Assembly: GCA_965231135.1 (NCBI GenBank) | Contig: OZ246419.1 | Coordinates: forward strand, 184,754 to 248,753 | DNA: 64,000 bases | Direction: 5' to 3' | Source of the DNA: an uncultured Gammaproteobacteria bacterium | Lineage (GTDB): Bacteria; Patescibacteriota; Microgenomatia; UBA8517 | Shown: positions 35,779-47,055 of the stretch, piece by piece | Position numbering within the stretch: the first letter of the stretch is position 1 | How the letters are laid out: each line of letters opens with the position of its first letter | The notes under the pieces: generated by a model | The model's input: only the letters and a program-made list of their open reading frames with translations | The model's database searches: none | What the model was told of the DNA's origin: nothing | Made by a program: the position numbers and the translations under genes

Positions 35779-38700
35779 ATGGCAAATAAACAAAATCGCC
35801 GCAATTTTGGCAGAACAGAAAACAATTTACCTGAGCTTGATTTGTCTTTGGTTCAAAGACAATCTTGGGATTGGTTTTTAAAAGAAGGAATTTCGGAAGA
35901 ACTTACAAATATTTCTCCAGTTGAAGATTTTGCAGGAAAAAATTGGGAACTTTCTTTTGGTAAACATACTCTTGAAGCCTCTCAAGTTACCCCAAAAGAA
36001 GCAAGAGAAAAAGGAATAACATACTCAACTCCATTTAAAGTCGAAACAACACTCACAAATAAAAGAACAGGAGCATCTGTCACACAGGAAGTTTTCTTTG
36101 GAAATATTCCACAAATGACAACTGTTGGAACATTTATTATTAATGGAATTGAAAGAACTGTTATTAACCAAATCGTTCGAAGCCCAGGAGCATATTTCTC
36201 AGGAACTTTGGATGCAGCAAGCGGCCGTATGCTTTATAAAGCAGAAATAAGACCACTTCATCACGGAAGCTGGCTTGAATTTGAAACTGGACGAAACGAT
36301 GTTATTTCAGCTCGCATTGATCGACGCCGAAAGGTAAATGCCGCAACCATACTTCGCGCTCTTGGAATTTATTCAAATGATGAAATTACAAGAATTTTTG
36401 CTGATGTGAATAAAGACGGAAATCATAATTATGTACAAAAGACTATTGAAAAAGATCCAACAAGAACAAGAGAAGATGCACTTCTTGAAATTTACAAGAA
36501 ACTTCGACCTGGAGAACCAGCTCTTTTGGATAATGCAGAAACACTTTTCCATAACCTTTTCTTTGATAACCGCCATTACGACTTAGGAAAAGTTGGAAGA
36601 TATAAAATTAATAAGAGATTAGGACTTAATGTTGAAAATAATAAACAAAACTGGGTACTTACAAAAGATGATATTGTCCAAACACTTCATTATTTAATTG
36701 GACTTCAAAATGGAATTGGACGAGTTGATGATATTGACCATCTTTCAAACAGACGCCTTCGATGTGTCGGGGAACTTGTTGCAACTCATGCATTTCGTAC
36801 AGGACTTTTAAGACTTGAAAGATCTATAAAAGAGAAAATGTCTTTGGTTTCTCAAGAAGAAAAACCAAATCCATCAGCTTTAATTAACGCAAGACCATTA
36901 ATCGCTTCTTTGAATGAATTTTTCAGAAGCAATCAGCTTTCAACAATACTTGATAATACAAATCCACTTTCAGAAATAGATAATTTACGAAGAGTATCTG
37001 TTTTAGGACCTGGAGGAATTAATCGAGAACGTGCGAGCTTTTCAATCCGAGACGTTAATCCTTCTCAATATGGAAGAATTGATCCTGTCAGGTCTCCAGA
37101 AGGAATGAACATTGGACTTGTTACTTATTTAACTCTTTATGCACGTGTAAACGAATTTGGATTTATTGAGACACCTTACAAAAAAGTTGATAATAGAAAA
37201 ATTACTAATGAAATTGTTTATTTAACTGCTGACGATGAAGAGAAATATTACATTACTCACAACGGAATTAATATTGATGACAGCGGAAAAATAACAGACG
37301 ACAGAGTTGCTATCCGATATGCAGGAAACTTTACAGAAGGATCTTCAAAGTTGGTTCAATATATCGATTTGACACCAAGGCAGGTATTTGGAGCATCTGC
37401 ATCTTTAATTCCTTTCCTTGACCACGATGAAGGAAACCGTGCTCTTATGGGAAGTAACATGCAATGTCAGGCTGTTCCACTTGTTGCGCCAAGCTCACCA
37501 GTTGTTGGAACAGGAATGGAAGCGACTGTTGCCTCTTCAATGGGAAGAGTTGTAAAAGCTGAATATCCAGGAACTGTTTCTTTTGTTGATGCAGACAAAA
37601 TTGAAATTAAACTTGATAAGCAAAGCTTGTCAGCTAAAGCTGATAAAAAATTGCCTGACGATGCTGTTTTGTCTAGAGATGGTAAAACAATTACTTATTA
37701 TTTGACTAAATTCTGGAGAACTTCACAATCAACTTGTTATAACCAGAAAGCTAAAGTAGTTCTCGGACAGAAATTAAACCCTGGAGACTTAATAATTGAT
37801 GGACCTGCTACAGAAGACGGAGAACTTGCACTGGGTCAAAATTTAGTTGTAGCTTATGCATCAATTTCCGGATACGGATTTGAAGATGCAATTTTGATTT
37901 CTGACAGAATAGTTAAGGATGACCTACTTACTTCAATTAACATTCGTGAATATACAGCTGACGTTGTTGAAACAAAACTTGGACCTGAAGTTGTTACAAA
38001 AGATATTCCAAACGTTTCTGAAGACCAATTAGCTAATTTGGCAAGTGATGGAATTGTTGTTGTCGGAGCTGAAGTTCATCCAAATGACATCTTGGTCGGA
38101 AAAATTGCACCAAAAGGTGAAATGGAACTTACTGCAGAAGAAAGACTTCTTCGTGCTATCTTTGGAGAGAAAGCAAGAGAAGTCCGAGATACATCACTTC
38201 GAGTGCCACACGGAGAAGAAGGAATTGTTATTGATGTACAAGTACTTAGCAAAGAAAAAGGAGATGAACTTGCACCTGGAGTAATATCTTCTGTAATTGT
38301 TAAAGTTGCACAACTTCGTAAAGTAACTGTAGGAGACAAAATTGCAGGGCGACATGGAAACAAAGGTGTTATTTCAAAAATAATGCCTGAAGCTGATATG
38401 CCTTACTTGCCAGATGGAACTCCAGTTGATTTGGTTATATCACCTCTTTCGGTACTTGCTCGTATGAATCTTGGACAATTACTCGAATGTCATTTGGGAT
38501 GGGCACTTGATAAGAATCATTCGAAAGCAAGCGTACCTGTCTTTGATAAGATTCCAGAAAGCAAGATTCACGATGAACTTAAAGAGGCTGGACTTCCAGT
38601 TTCTGGAAAAACAAGACTTATTGATGGAAGAACTGGAGAGGCACTTTCTGAAGATACAGTTGTTGGAATTGGATACATCATGAAGCTTAAGCACATGATT

Positions 38701-41700
38701 GAAGATAAGACACATGCACGTAGCACTGGTCCATATTCTCTTGTTACACAACAACCACTTGGAGGAAAAGCACAAATGGGAGGACAAAGACTTGGAGAAA
38801 TGGAAGTCTGGGCACTTGAAGCACATAGAGCAGCTCATACTTTGCAGGAAATGTTGACAATAAAATCTGATGATATTGTAGGACGCGCTGCAGCATTTGG
38901 AGCAATTGTTAAAGGACAGGAAATTCCTGAAGCTAAAATACCTGAAAGCTTTAAAGTATTGGTTCGAGAACTTAATGCACTTGGACTTGCAATTGATGTT
39001 GATGGAACAATGGCAGCAGTTACTGAAGAGCACACAACTGATGACGGAGTAGTAATCCAAGAAAAGAAACAACCAGTTACTGATCCACTTTTAAAGCTTC
39101 GCGAACTCGAAGATCTTAAATCTTTGCAAATTAAACTTGCCAGCGAAGGTGAAATAAGATCCTGGAGCCGAGGAGAAGTTACAAAACCAGAGACTATAAA
39201 CTACAGAACACTTAAACCTGAAAAAGACGGACTTTTTGATGAGAGAATATTTGGTCCAACACGCGACTGGGAATGTTACTGTGGAAAGTATAAAAGAATT
39301 CGTTATAAGGGAGTAATTTGCGATAAATGTGGAGTTGAAGTTACAGAAAGCAGAGTTCGACGAGAGAGAATGGGACATATTGCACTTGCAGCTCCTGTAG
39401 TTCATGTATGGTTTTTCAAAGGAGCACCAAGCAAAGTATCTTTACTTCTTGATTTGCCTCCTCGCGCTATTGAGCAAGTTGTCTATTTTGCAAGATATAT
39501 TGTTATGAGCGTTGATGATAAAAAGAGAAAAGAAGCAATTGATGTCTTAATAAAGACTCGAGAAGAAAAAATTAAAGAAACTCGAGAGATTTCTGCAGAA
39601 CGCCGAGAACTTATAAAACAAGACGGAGAAGATCGTAAAGGAAAGATAGCAAACAGAATCAAAGATAAAGAACAAGCAGCTCTTGCAATCAGCGAAGTTG
39701 ATCTTGATGTACGTAAGAAAGAAACTACTTTGGTTGAAGAAGAAAAAGCAACTATTGAGAAAACAACCGAACTTTTTGATCGCATGACTGATTTGGTTAA
39801 GAAAATTAGTCCTTTTGGATTTTTATCTGAGGATGAATACGATCAGCTTTCAACTTATGATGTATCTGATTTTCTTGAAGTAAAAATGGGAGCAGAAGCT
39901 CTTCTTATAGCCTTAAGCAAACTTAATTTGGATGAACTTTCAAAGAGTTTGCGAGCAGAACTTGAAGGATTGCAAGGAAAAGGTGCAAGATATTTGAAAG
40001 TTGCAAAAAGACTTAAGCTTATTGACGGACTTCGTGAGGCAAAAGTAAGCCCAACAAGCGTTATTTTGAAAGTAATCCCAATACTTCCACCAGATTTACG
40101 ACCAATGGTCCAACTTGCTGGAGGAAGATTTGCAACTTCTGACTTGAATGATTTATATAGACGCGTAATAAATAGAAATAACAGACTTAAGCATCTTATT
40201 GGCCTTGGTGCACCAGATATTATTTTAAGGAATGAAAAAAGAATGTTGCAGGAAGCTGTTGACTCTTTAATTGATGCATCTCAGCGAAAAGCTATGCGAC
40301 GTGGACGAGGAAGACTTGCACTTCGATCACTTTCTGACATGCTTAAAGGAAAGCAAGGAAGATTTAGAGCAAATCTTTTGGGTAAGCGTGTGGATTACTC
40401 CGGACGTTCAGTTATTATTGTTGGGCCTGAACTTAATTTGAATCAATGTGGACTTCCAAAGGAAATGGCGCTGGAAATGTTTAAGCCATTTGTACTTCGA
40501 GAAGTTATTAAGCGAGAAATTGCACCTAATGTGAAATCTGCAAAGAATTTACTTGAACGCCGACCACCAGAAGTGTTTGATATTTTGGAAGAAATTACAA
40601 AAGATCATCCAGTGTTACTTAATCGTGCACCAACACTTCATAAACTTGGAATTTTGGCATTTTACCCAGTTTTAATTGAAGGAAGCGCTATCAGACTTCA
40701 TCCAGCAGTATGTTCTGGGTTTGGAGCTGACTTTGACGGAGATCAAATGGCAGTACATGTCCCACTTTCTAAGAAAGCAATCGAAGAAGCTAAGACTCTT
40801 ATGATGTCTGATAAGAATTTACTTAAGACATCTGACGGATCGCCTGTTGCAACGCCCGCTTCAAAGGAAATGGCGCTTGGAGTTTATTATTTCACAAGTT
40901 TAGATACAAGAATGAAAGCTTCTGAAACAATTTTTGCTGACAAAGCTGAAGCAATATTTGCTTATCAAATTGGAAAAGTAGCTTTAAGACAACAAATCAA
41001 GGTCAAAGTTGATAATGAAGTAAATGAAACAACTGTTGGACGCATTTTATTTAATGAAATACTTCCAGAAGGATTTAGATTTGTAAACGAAAACGTTTCT
41101 TCTGGAATTATTAAAGATTTAGTCACTGAAGCTTATACAAAAGTATCTCAAGAGAGACTTGTAAAACTTATTGATGATATTAAGAACCTTGGATTTGTTG
41201 GAGGAACAATTTCAGGACTTTCATTTGCGGTGTCGGATGCTGCAATATTTGAAGGAAAAGCAAAAATTATTAAGGAAGCAGATAAAAAAGTCGACGAAAT
41301 TGAAAAAAGTTTCCATCAAGGTCTTATTACAAACGAAGAAAAGAAAAGAAGCATTCAACAAATCTGGATTGAAACAACTGAAGAAATTGCTGACAAAACC
41401 TGGAATGTAATACCTGCTGATTCACCAATTCGCACAGTTATTGATGCTAAAGTGGGACGCACTTCCCGTGACCAGATTAAGCAGCTTGGTGGAATGAGAG
41501 GTTTGGTCGTTGATCCGCTTGGAAAAATCGTTGAACTTCCTGTCAAAAGCAACTTTAGAGAAGGGCTTTCAGTTTTTGAATATGTTGCATCAGGACGCGG
41601 ATCTCGTAAAGGACTTACTGATACAGCTTTGAAAACAGCTGATGCAGGATATCTTACACGTCGATTAGTTGATGTAACTCATGATGTATTAATTCGTGAA

Positions 41701-42780
41701 GAAGACTGCGGAACAAAAGACGGAATTCTTATTAAAAAATCAGTACGAGGAGGAAGTTTCTACAAGAGAATTTTTGGAAGATTTGATACAAACGGAGAAC
41801 TTATTGATGAAAAGCGAGCAAAAGAACTGGCAGATGATGCAAATGTTACAGAATTTGTAGTTCGTTCCCCTCTTACATGTAAGACAAGATTTGGAGTTTG
41901 CCAGAAGTGTTATGGATGGGACCTTTCAAATAAACAGGTTGTAGAACTTGGAATGCCAATTGGAGTTATTGCGGCACAATCAATTGGAGAACCTGGAACT
42001 CAGCTTACACTTAGAACCAAACATAGCGGAGGAGTTGTTGGAGCTGACGTTACACAAGGACTTCCAAGAGTTGAAGAGTTATTTGAATCTCGTATTCCAA
42101 AAACAGTATCGCCAATTTCTGAAATAGCTGGAAAAGTATCTATCAAAGAGAGCGAAGACGGGAATGTTGTTAAAGTCACAAGTGTTAATACCAAACCAAA
42201 AGAAGAGCGAGAATATATTATCGCAAAGACAAACAAGATTAGTGTTGAGGATGGACAACTTATCGATGCAGGAACACAACTAGCTAGCGGATACCTTGAT
42301 ATTAAAGAAATATTACAAGTACGAGGACTTGGAGCAGCACAAGAATATTTGGTAAATGAATTACAGGCAGTTTATGAATCACAGGGAATTTCAATTAATG
42401 ATCGCCATTTTGAAATCATTGTCCGCAAGATGTGTGATACAGTCCGCATTTTGACAAGCGGAGACAGCAGATTCTTGCCAGAAGAGCTTACTGATAAATC
42501 AACATTTGAAGAAGAAGTTGAAAAAGTTATCGCATCAGGCGGAGAAGCAGCAACTGCAAGACAAATTATACTTGGAGTCACAAAGAGAGCTTTGTACACA
42601 AACAGCTGGCTATCTAGCGCATCTTTCGAACAGACAACTGATGTTTTGGCCGAGTCAGCACTAGAAGGAAGCAAAGATCGCTTACTTGGACTTAAAGAGA
42701 ATGTTATTATTGGCCGCCTAATTCCAATTGATCCAAAGAGAGCGGCTCTTCATGGACAAGCTGAGCCTGCTGCTGTATAA
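35779..42780 (+). CDS. rpoBC: fused DNA-directed RNA polymerase beta-beta' subunit (rpoB-rpoC in one ORF)
   Basis: The ORF is continuous. The beta C terminus ([27 protein letters not shown]...[17 protein letters not shown]) joins, through a linker of about 45 aa, the beta' N terminus ([35 protein letters not shown] plus the Zn finger CYCGKYKR...CDKCGVEV). The start is taken at the first ATG (MANKQ); the track ORF begins 27 nt upstream at a TTG. Confidence 0.9.
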   Translation: MANKQNRRNFGRTENNLPELDLSLVQRQSWDWFLKEGISEELTNISPVEDFAGKNWELSFGKHTLEASQVTPKEAREKGITYSTPFKVETTLTNKRTGASVTQEVFFGNIPQMTTVGTFIINGIERTVINQIVRSPGAYFSGTLDAASGRMLYKAEIRPLHHGSWLEFETGRNDVISARIDRRRKVNAATILRALGIYSNDEITRIFADVNKDGNHNYVQKTIEKDPTRTREDALLEIYKKLRPGEPALLDNAETLFHNLFFDNRHYDLGKVGRYKINKRLGLNVENNKQNWVLTKDDIVQTLHYLIGLQNGIGRVDDIDHLSNRRLRCVGELVATHAFRTGLLRLERSIKEKMSLVSQEEKPNPSALINARPLIASLNEFFRSNQLSTILDNTNPLSEIDNLRRVSVLGPGGINRERASFSIRDVNPSQYGRIDPVRSPEGMNIGLVTYLTLYARVNEFGFIETPYKKVDNRKITNEIVYLTADDEEKYYITHNGINIDDSGKITDDRVAIRYAGNFTEGSSKLVQYIDLTPRQVFGASASLIPFLDHDEGNRALMGSNMQCQAVPLVAPSSPVVGTGMEATVASSMGRVVKAEYPGTVSFVDADKIEIKLDKQSLSAKADKKLPDDAVLSRDGKTITYYLTKFWRTSQSTCYNQKAKVVLGQKLNPGDLIIDGPATEDGELALGQNLVVAYASISGYGFEDAILISDRIVKDDLLTSINIREYTADVVETKLGPEVVTKDIPNVSEDQLANLASDGIVVVGAEVHPNDILVGKIAPKGEMELTAEERLLRAIFGEKAREVRDTSLRVPHGEEGIVIDVQVLSKEKGDELAPGVISSVIVKVAQLRKVTVGDKIAGRHGNKGVISKIMPEADMPYLPDGTPVDLVISPLSVLARMNLGQLLECHLGWALDKNHSKASVPVFDKIPESKIHDELKEAGLPVSGKTRLIDGRTGEALSEDTVVGIGYIMKLKHMIEDKTHARSTGPYSLVTQQPLGGKAQMGGQRLGEMEVWALEAHRAAHTLQEMLTIKSDDIVGRAAAFGAIVKGQEIPEAKIPESFKVLVRELNALGLAIDVDGTMAAVTEEHTTDDGVVIQEKKQPVTDPLLKLRELEDLKSLQIKLASEGEIRSWSRGEVTKPETINYRTLKPEKDGLFDERIFGPTRDWECYCGKYKRIRYKGVICDKCGVEVTESRVRRERMGHIALAAPVVHVWFFKGAPSKVSLLLDLPPRAIEQVVYFARYIVMSVDDKKRKEAIDVLIKTREEKIKETREISAERRELIKQDGEDRKGKIANRIKDKEQAALAISEVDLDVRKKETTLVEEEKATIEKTTELFDRMTDLVKKISPFGFLSEDEYDQLSTYDVSDFLEVKMGAEALLIALSKLNLDELSKSLRAELEGLQGKGARYLKVAKRLKLIDGLREAKVSPTSVILKVIPILPPDLRPMVQLAGGRFATSDLNDLYRRVINRNNRLKHLIGLGAPDIILRNEKRMLQEAVDSLIDASQRKAMRRGRGRLALRSLSDMLKGKQGRFRANLLGKRVDYSGRSVIIVGPELNLNQCGLPKEMALEMFKPFVLREVIKREIAPNVKSAKNLLERRPPEVFDILEEITKDHPVLLNRAPTLHKLGILAFYPVLIEGSAIRLHPAVCSGFGADFDGDQMAVHVPLSKKAIEEAKTLMMSDKNLLKTSDGSPVATPASKEMALGVYYFTSLDTRMKASETIFADKAEAIFAYQIGKVALRQQIKVKVDNEVNETTVGRILFNEILPEGFRFVNENVSSGIIKDLVTEAYTKVSQERLVKLIDDIKNLGFVGGTISGLSFAVSDAAIFEGKAKIIKEADKKVDEIEKSFHQGLITNEEKKRSIQQIWIETTEEIADKTWNVIPADSPIRTVIDAKVGRTSRDQIKQLGGMRGLVVDPLGKIVELPVKSNFREGLSVFEYVASGRGSRKGLTDTALKTADAGYLTRRLVDVTHDVLIREEDCGTKDGILIKKSVRGGSFYKRIFGRFDTNGELIDEKRAKELADDANVTEFVVRSPLTCKTRFGVCQKCYGWDLSNKQVVELGMPIGVIAAQSIGEPGTQLTLRTKHSGGVVGADVTQGLPRVEELFESRIPKTVSPISEIAGKVSIKESEDGNVVKVTSVNTKPKEEREYIIAKTNKISVEDGQLIDAGTQLASGYLDIKEILQVRGLGAAQEYLVNELQAVYESQGISINDRHFEIIVRKMCDTVRILTSGDSRFLPEELTDKSTFEEEVEKVIASGGEAATARQIILGVTKRALYTNSWLSSASFEQTTDVLAESALEGSKDRLLGLKENVIIGRLIPIDPKRAALHGQAEPAAV
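37616..37646 (+). repeat. in-frame copy of the 31-nt intergenic palindromic element, inside rpoB
   Basis: ATAAGCAAAGCTTGTCAGCTAAAGCTGATAA encodes [10 protein letters not shown]. It matches the rpsO-pnp spacer element at 30 of 31 positions. Confidence 0.6.
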
Positions 42781-42788
42781 TTTAGCCT

Positions 42789-43241
42789 ATGCCAACGATT
42801 GCACAATTAATTAGAAAACCAAGAAGCAAAAAACCAACAAAGCAAAAGGCAACGTCTTTAAAATGGTGGTTTAATGCAAAGGACAGAAAATTTAAAAGAG
42901 AGTCTTCTCCTTTCAAAAGAGGAGTGGTGCTATCTGTGCGTACAATGACTCCAAAGAAACCAAATTCAGCTCTTAGAAAAGTGGCAAGAGTTCGACTTTC
43001 AAATAAACAAGAAGTTACAGCTTATATTATGGGTGAAGGACATGAGCTTGCAGAACATGCAATTGTTTTAGTTCGCGGAGGCCGTGTCAAAGATTTACCA
43101 GGAGTTAAATATCATATAGTACGAGGCAAAAACGATACAACAGGAGTTGTTGGACGAAAGACTGCAAGAAGCCGATATGGTACAAAGAGGGAAGGAGGAT
43201 CCGCCAATGCGAAGACAGCAAGCGCGAGTGCGACAGCTTAA
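42789..43241 (+). CDS. rpsL: 30S ribosomal protein S12 with a short C-terminal extension
   Basis: [19 protein letters not shown] and [17 protein letters not shown]. The tail overlaps the rpsG start by 35 nt. Confidence 0.9.
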   Translation: MPTIAQLIRKPRSKKPTKQKATSLKWWFNAKDRKFKRESSPFKRGVVLSVRTMTPKKPNSALRKVARVRLSNKQEVTAYIMGEGHELAEHAIVLVRGGRVKDLPGVKYHIVRGKNDTTGVVGRKTARSRYGTKREGGSANAKTASASATA

Positions 43242-43683
43242 CCCTGATCCAATTTATAATGACGTTTTAGTAAGTAAACTTATTAATCGTTCAATGCGCG
43301 ATGGAAAGAAAAGTGTTGCCCAAACTCAAATTTATAAAGCTTTTGAAATTATTAAAGAACAAACAAAAGAGGATCCAATGAAAATTTTCCACGCTGCTAT
43401 GGAAAATATTTCTCCAAACATGGAAGTGCGACCAAGAAGAATTGGAGGAGCTGCTTATCAAGTCCCAATGAGTGTACGAGGAACAAGACGAGAAACTCTT
43501 GCAATAAGATGGCTTGTGACTGTAGCTCGTACAAAATCAAACACTGAATTTCATAGTTTTGGAGAAAAGATGGCTTCAGAATTAATGGATGCATATAAAG
43601 GTGAAGGAATGGCAATGAAGAAAAAGAAAGACGTTGAAAATATGGCAGAAGCAAATAGAGCATTTGCTCACTTCAAGTGGTAA
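43207..43683 (+). CDS. rpsG: 30S ribosomal protein S7
   Basis: [19 protein letters not shown]...MRDGKKS. A GGAGG Shine-Dalgarno sits 8 nt upstream of the ATG at 43207; the track ORF is over-extended. Confidence 0.9.
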   Translation: MRRQQARVRQLNPDPIYNDVLVSKLINRSMRDGKKSVAQTQIYKAFEIIKEQTKEDPMKIFHAAMENISPNMEVRPRRIGGAAYQVPMSVRGTRRETLAIRWLVTVARTKSNTEFHSFGEKMASELMDAYKGEGMAMKKKKDVENMAEANRAFAHFKW

Positions 43684-43687
43684 GTAT

Positions 43688-43957
43688 ATGGCTGAGAATT
43701 TAAGACTAAATCCTGACGAAGAAGAAGCAGCAGGTTGGGTTGCTAAAATGAATGAACCGAATGTATCTAGAGTATTAGATAGTTTACAAGATGATTATCC
43801 AGATTCCGATGTGGTGGTTAAACCTTTAATTTTGAATGAAGTTTATGGTGTTATATTTGGAAATAGAGGTAGTTCTACTAATAGATATTTAGTTGTTAAT
43901 GTAAGTATTAGACAAGATAAAGTGTACGGTACAGAAGTGAAAGAAGGAAGAATTTGA
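43688..43957 (+). CDS. hypothetical 89-aa protein inserted between rpsG and fusA
   Basis: The ATG lies 5 nt after the rpsG stop. Its own stop abuts the fusA ATG. No recognisable motif. Confidence 0.4.
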   Translation: MAENLRLNPDEEEAAGWVAKMNEPNVSRVLDSLQDDYPDSDVVVKPLILNEVYGVIFGNRGSSTNRYLVVNVSIRQDKVYGTEVKEGRI

Positions 43958-43958
43958 T

Positions 43959-46139
43959 ATGGCACAGGTACAAGCAACAAAGAAAAAGGCAGCGATGGTG
44001 ATGAGTACGACTACTGATCGTAATCTTCCAATGGAAAAAATCCGAAATATCGGGATTATTGCCCATATTGACGCTGGAAAAACTACAACTACTGAAACAA
44101 TTCTTTTTGAAACAGGCAGAGTTTACAAAAAAGGAGATGTAACTGACGGAACAACAGCAACTGACTGGATGCCTCAAGAGAGAGAACGAGGAATTACAAT
44201 AGTTTCTGCTGCTATCACAACTTTTTGGGATCCAAGCGAGCGAATTAAAGATTTCAAGAGTGCAGTAGAGGGCGGTAAATACAGAATTAATATTATCGAT
44301 ACTCCAGGACATATTGATTTTACGGCTGAAGTAGAGCGATCGCTTCGTGTACTTGATGGAGCTGTAATGGTTTTTGATGGACGAACTGGAGTTGAATCAC
44401 AATCAGAAACTGTTTGGAGGCAAGCTAATAAATATAACGTGCCGCGTGTTTGTATTCTTAATAAATTAAATTTAATTGGAGCTGACTTTGAAGGAAGCAT
44501 AAAATCCATTCATGAAAGACTTGGAGCAAACGCAAGCCCAATTAATATTCCAATAGGCAATGAACACGAGCTTCGTGGAGCAGTTGATCTTATTAAAATG
44601 AAAGCTTACACATACAAAGGAATTGAAGATAAAGATCTTACCGAAGAAGAAATCCCAGGAGATTTAATGGACAAAGCAAAAGAATTTAGAACAAAACTTA
44701 TTGAAGCTGTTGCGGAGTTTGATGATGAAGTACTTTCTAAATACTTGGAAGGACAAGAACTTACAGAAGTTGAAATAAAACGAGCTATTCGAAAAGGAAC
44801 AGTACAAGGAAAATTCTTCCCAATTTTGGGCGGAGACAATCGTATGGCAACTGTCCAACTTTTACTTGATGCAGTTGTTGAATACTTACCTTCTCCAAAC
44901 GATGTCCCTCCTGTCAAAGGAATTAATCCAAAAACTGGTTTGGAAGAAGAAAGAAAGCCAGAAAACAGTGAACCTTTTTCAGGGCTTGCATTTAAAGTTA
45001 TTACAGATCCACATGTTGGACGACTTGTTTATGTCCGTATTTATTCAGGAACCTTGAAACCTGGAGATGAAGTTTATAATGTTACAAAATCTCGAGGAGA
45101 GAGAATTGGAAAATTGGTTTTAATGCATGCAGACCAGAGAGAACTTATTAACGAAGCTTATGCTGGAGAAATTGTTGCTGTTGTTGGAATTAAAGATACA
45201 ACCACAGGAGACTCAATAACAAACCCAGCACATCCACTTCATTTGGAATCAATTACTTTTCCTGAGCCAGTGGTGTCTTTGGCAATTGAACCTGCTACAA
45301 AATCAGATCAAGAGAAAATGGGAATTGCACTTTCAAAACTTTCTGACGAAGATCCAACTTTCCATATAAAAAGCAATCCTGAAACTGGGCAAACAATTAT
45401 TTCAGGAATGGGAGAACTTCAGCTTGAAGTCTTGGTTGACCGTATGAAACGTGAATTTAATGTTGTTGCGACAACCGGAGCTCCACAAGTAGCTTTCAAA
45501 GAAACTATTAAGAAAGAAGGAGAAGGAGAAGGGAAATATGTCAGGCAAACTGGAGGCCGCGGACAATATGGACACTGTTTGCTTCGCGTTGAGCCAAAGG
45601 GAAGAGGAGAAGGATTTGAGTTTGTTAATGCAATTAAAGGAGGAGCAATTCCAGCTGAGTTTATTGCTCCAATTGAAAAAGGAGTTAAAGAGAAGCTTGA
45701 AAACGGAATTTTGGCAGGATTTCCACTAGTAGATATAAAAGTTACAGTTTATGACGGAAGTTATCATGATGTTGACTCTTCAGAAATGGCTTTTAAGATT
45801 GCTGGAAGCATGGCAGTTGAAGCTGCGTGCCGTAAGGCTGATATGATTCTTCTTGAACCAATTGTAAAAGTTGAAGTTTCAACTCCAGCTGAGTTTATGG
45901 GAGATATTATTGGAAGCCTTTCAAGTAAACGTGGACAAATTAGCGGAACTGAAGAAAAAGGAATGATGACTGTAATTAATGGAACAGCTCCTTTGATGGA
46001 ACTTAGCGGATATGCGACACAGTTGAGATCAATTTCTCAAGGAAGAGCTTCAGCTTATATCGAGCCTTCTCACTACGAGGAAGTTCCTGCAAATATTACT
46101 GCACAGATAGTTGCGAAGAGCGGAAAAGCTATAAACTAA
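43959..46139 (+). CDS. fusA: elongation factor G
   Basis: NIGIIAHIDAGKTTTTE and DTPGHIDF plus domains II to V, 726 aa. Confidence 0.9.
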   Translation: MAQVQATKKKAAMVMSTTTDRNLPMEKIRNIGIIAHIDAGKTTTTETILFETGRVYKKGDVTDGTTATDWMPQERERGITIVSAAITTFWDPSERIKDFKSAVEGGKYRINIIDTPGHIDFTAEVERSLRVLDGAVMVFDGRTGVESQSETVWRQANKYNVPRVCILNKLNLIGADFEGSIKSIHERLGANASPINIPIGNEHELRGAVDLIKMKAYTYKGIEDKDLTEEEIPGDLMDKAKEFRTKLIEAVAEFDDEVLSKYLEGQELTEVEIKRAIRKGTVQGKFFPILGGDNRMATVQLLLDAVVEYLPSPNDVPPVKGINPKTGLEEERKPENSEPFSGLAFKVITDPHVGRLVYVRIYSGTLKPGDEVYNVTKSRGERIGKLVLMHADQRELINEAYAGEIVAVVGIKDTTTGDSITNPAHPLHLESITFPEPVVSLAIEPATKSDQEKMGIALSKLSDEDPTFHIKSNPETGQTIISGMGELQLEVLVDRMKREFNVVATTGAPQVAFKETIKKEGEGEGKYVRQTGGRGQYGHCLLRVEPKGRGEGFEFVNAIKGGAIPAEFIAPIEKGVKEKLENGILAGFPLVDIKVTVYDGSYHDVDSSEMAFKIAGSMAVEAACRKADMILLEPIVKVEVSTPAEFMGDIIGSLSSKRGQISGTEEKGMMTVINGTAPLMELSGYATQLRSISQGRASAYIEPSHYEEVPANITAQIVAKSGKAIN

Positions 46140-46141
46140 AT

Positions 46142-46414
46142 ATGGAAAATATTTCTAGAAGAGGAGTCGGATTTAGATTGGATAGTCGCAAAATTGGCGA
46201 AGAAGTTACTATTGTTCCAAGAAGTGTTGATCAATTGACAATGAATTATGTTGTCTTGGTTGTGGATCGTAAAGATTCAAAAAAACAACCAGGTAATCCC
46301 ATGATTAAGGTGAGGTTTGCGAATCAGGGTGGTAGTGGTTTTTATCTTGGCGGAGGTACGGCAGCCGTACCAGTTAAAACTTCATTTATAGGTCTTTCTG
46401 AAGAAGATTTCTAA
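46142..46414 (+). CDS. hypothetical 90-aa protein (inserted between fusA and tuf)
   Basis: No motif. It starts 3 nt after the fusA stop. Confidence 0.35.
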   Translation: MENISRRGVGFRLDSRKIGEEVTIVPRSVDQLTMNYVVLVVDRKDSKKQPGNPMIKVRFANQGGSGFYLGGGTAAVPVKTSFIGLSEEDF

Positions 46415-46440
46415 CGTGGAAAAGCTAAAGCATAAAATAA

Positions 46441-46941
46441 ATGAAAAGATCTTCAATTCCTAAGGAATTAGAACGTGAAGTTCTAGTTGAAGCTGGTCAC
46501 AGATGTGCGATTCCTACTTGTCAGAGAACTCCCGTAGAAATAGCTCATATAGATCCATGGTTTAAAGTGAAAGAGCATAGATTTGAAAATTTGATTGCTC
46601 TTTGTCCAAATTGTCATGATAGATATGATAAAAAACATGAAATTGATAGGAAATCTATGCTTCGATATAAAGCTAATCTTTCGGTAATTAATAATAGATA
46701 TGGCGACCTAGAGAAAAGAATACTTACACTTTTTGCTGAAAGTCCAAATGATGAATTTGTTTGGGTTGTTGGAGGATTGGATATATTATTAATGTATTTA
46801 TTGAGAGATGGATTATTAGTTCCTTCAGGTAAGGATAGTGGAGTTATACTTTCCGGTATTCCTTCTGCTAAAGAATATCGTTTGACTACAAAAGGCAGAG
46901 GGTTTGTTAATAACTGGGTTTCACCAAGAAAATTAAGTTGA
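46441..46941 (+). CDS. HNH endonuclease
   Basis: EAGHRCAIPTC...EIAHIDPW...NLIALCPNCHDRYD is a Cys4 HNH core. A C-terminal domain of about 80 aa follows. Confidence 0.7.
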   Translation: MKRSSIPKELEREVLVEAGHRCAIPTCQRTPVEIAHIDPWFKVKEHRFENLIALCPNCHDRYDKKHEIDRKSMLRYKANLSVINNRYGDLEKRILTLFAESPNDEFVWVVGGLDILLMYLLRDGLLVPSGKDSGVILSGIPSAKEYRLTTKGRGFVNNWVSPRKLS

Positions 46942-46952
46942 TTAATTGCCTG

Positions 46953-46981
46953 TTGACAGGCTTAAACTAGCCTCATATAAT
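46953..46981 (+). promoter_or_regulatory. consensus sigma70 promoter TTGACA-17-TATAAT for tuf
   Basis: Perfect hexamers at 46953-46958 and 46976-46981. A leader of about 70 nt with a small hairpin (ccctagaattaggg) follows. Confidence 0.6.
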
Positions 46982-47055
46982 ACCTACAGTTATCTCGGCA
47001 AATGTCGGGATTTACTTTTCCCTAGAATTAGGGTAATATACAAGAATAAATAAAT

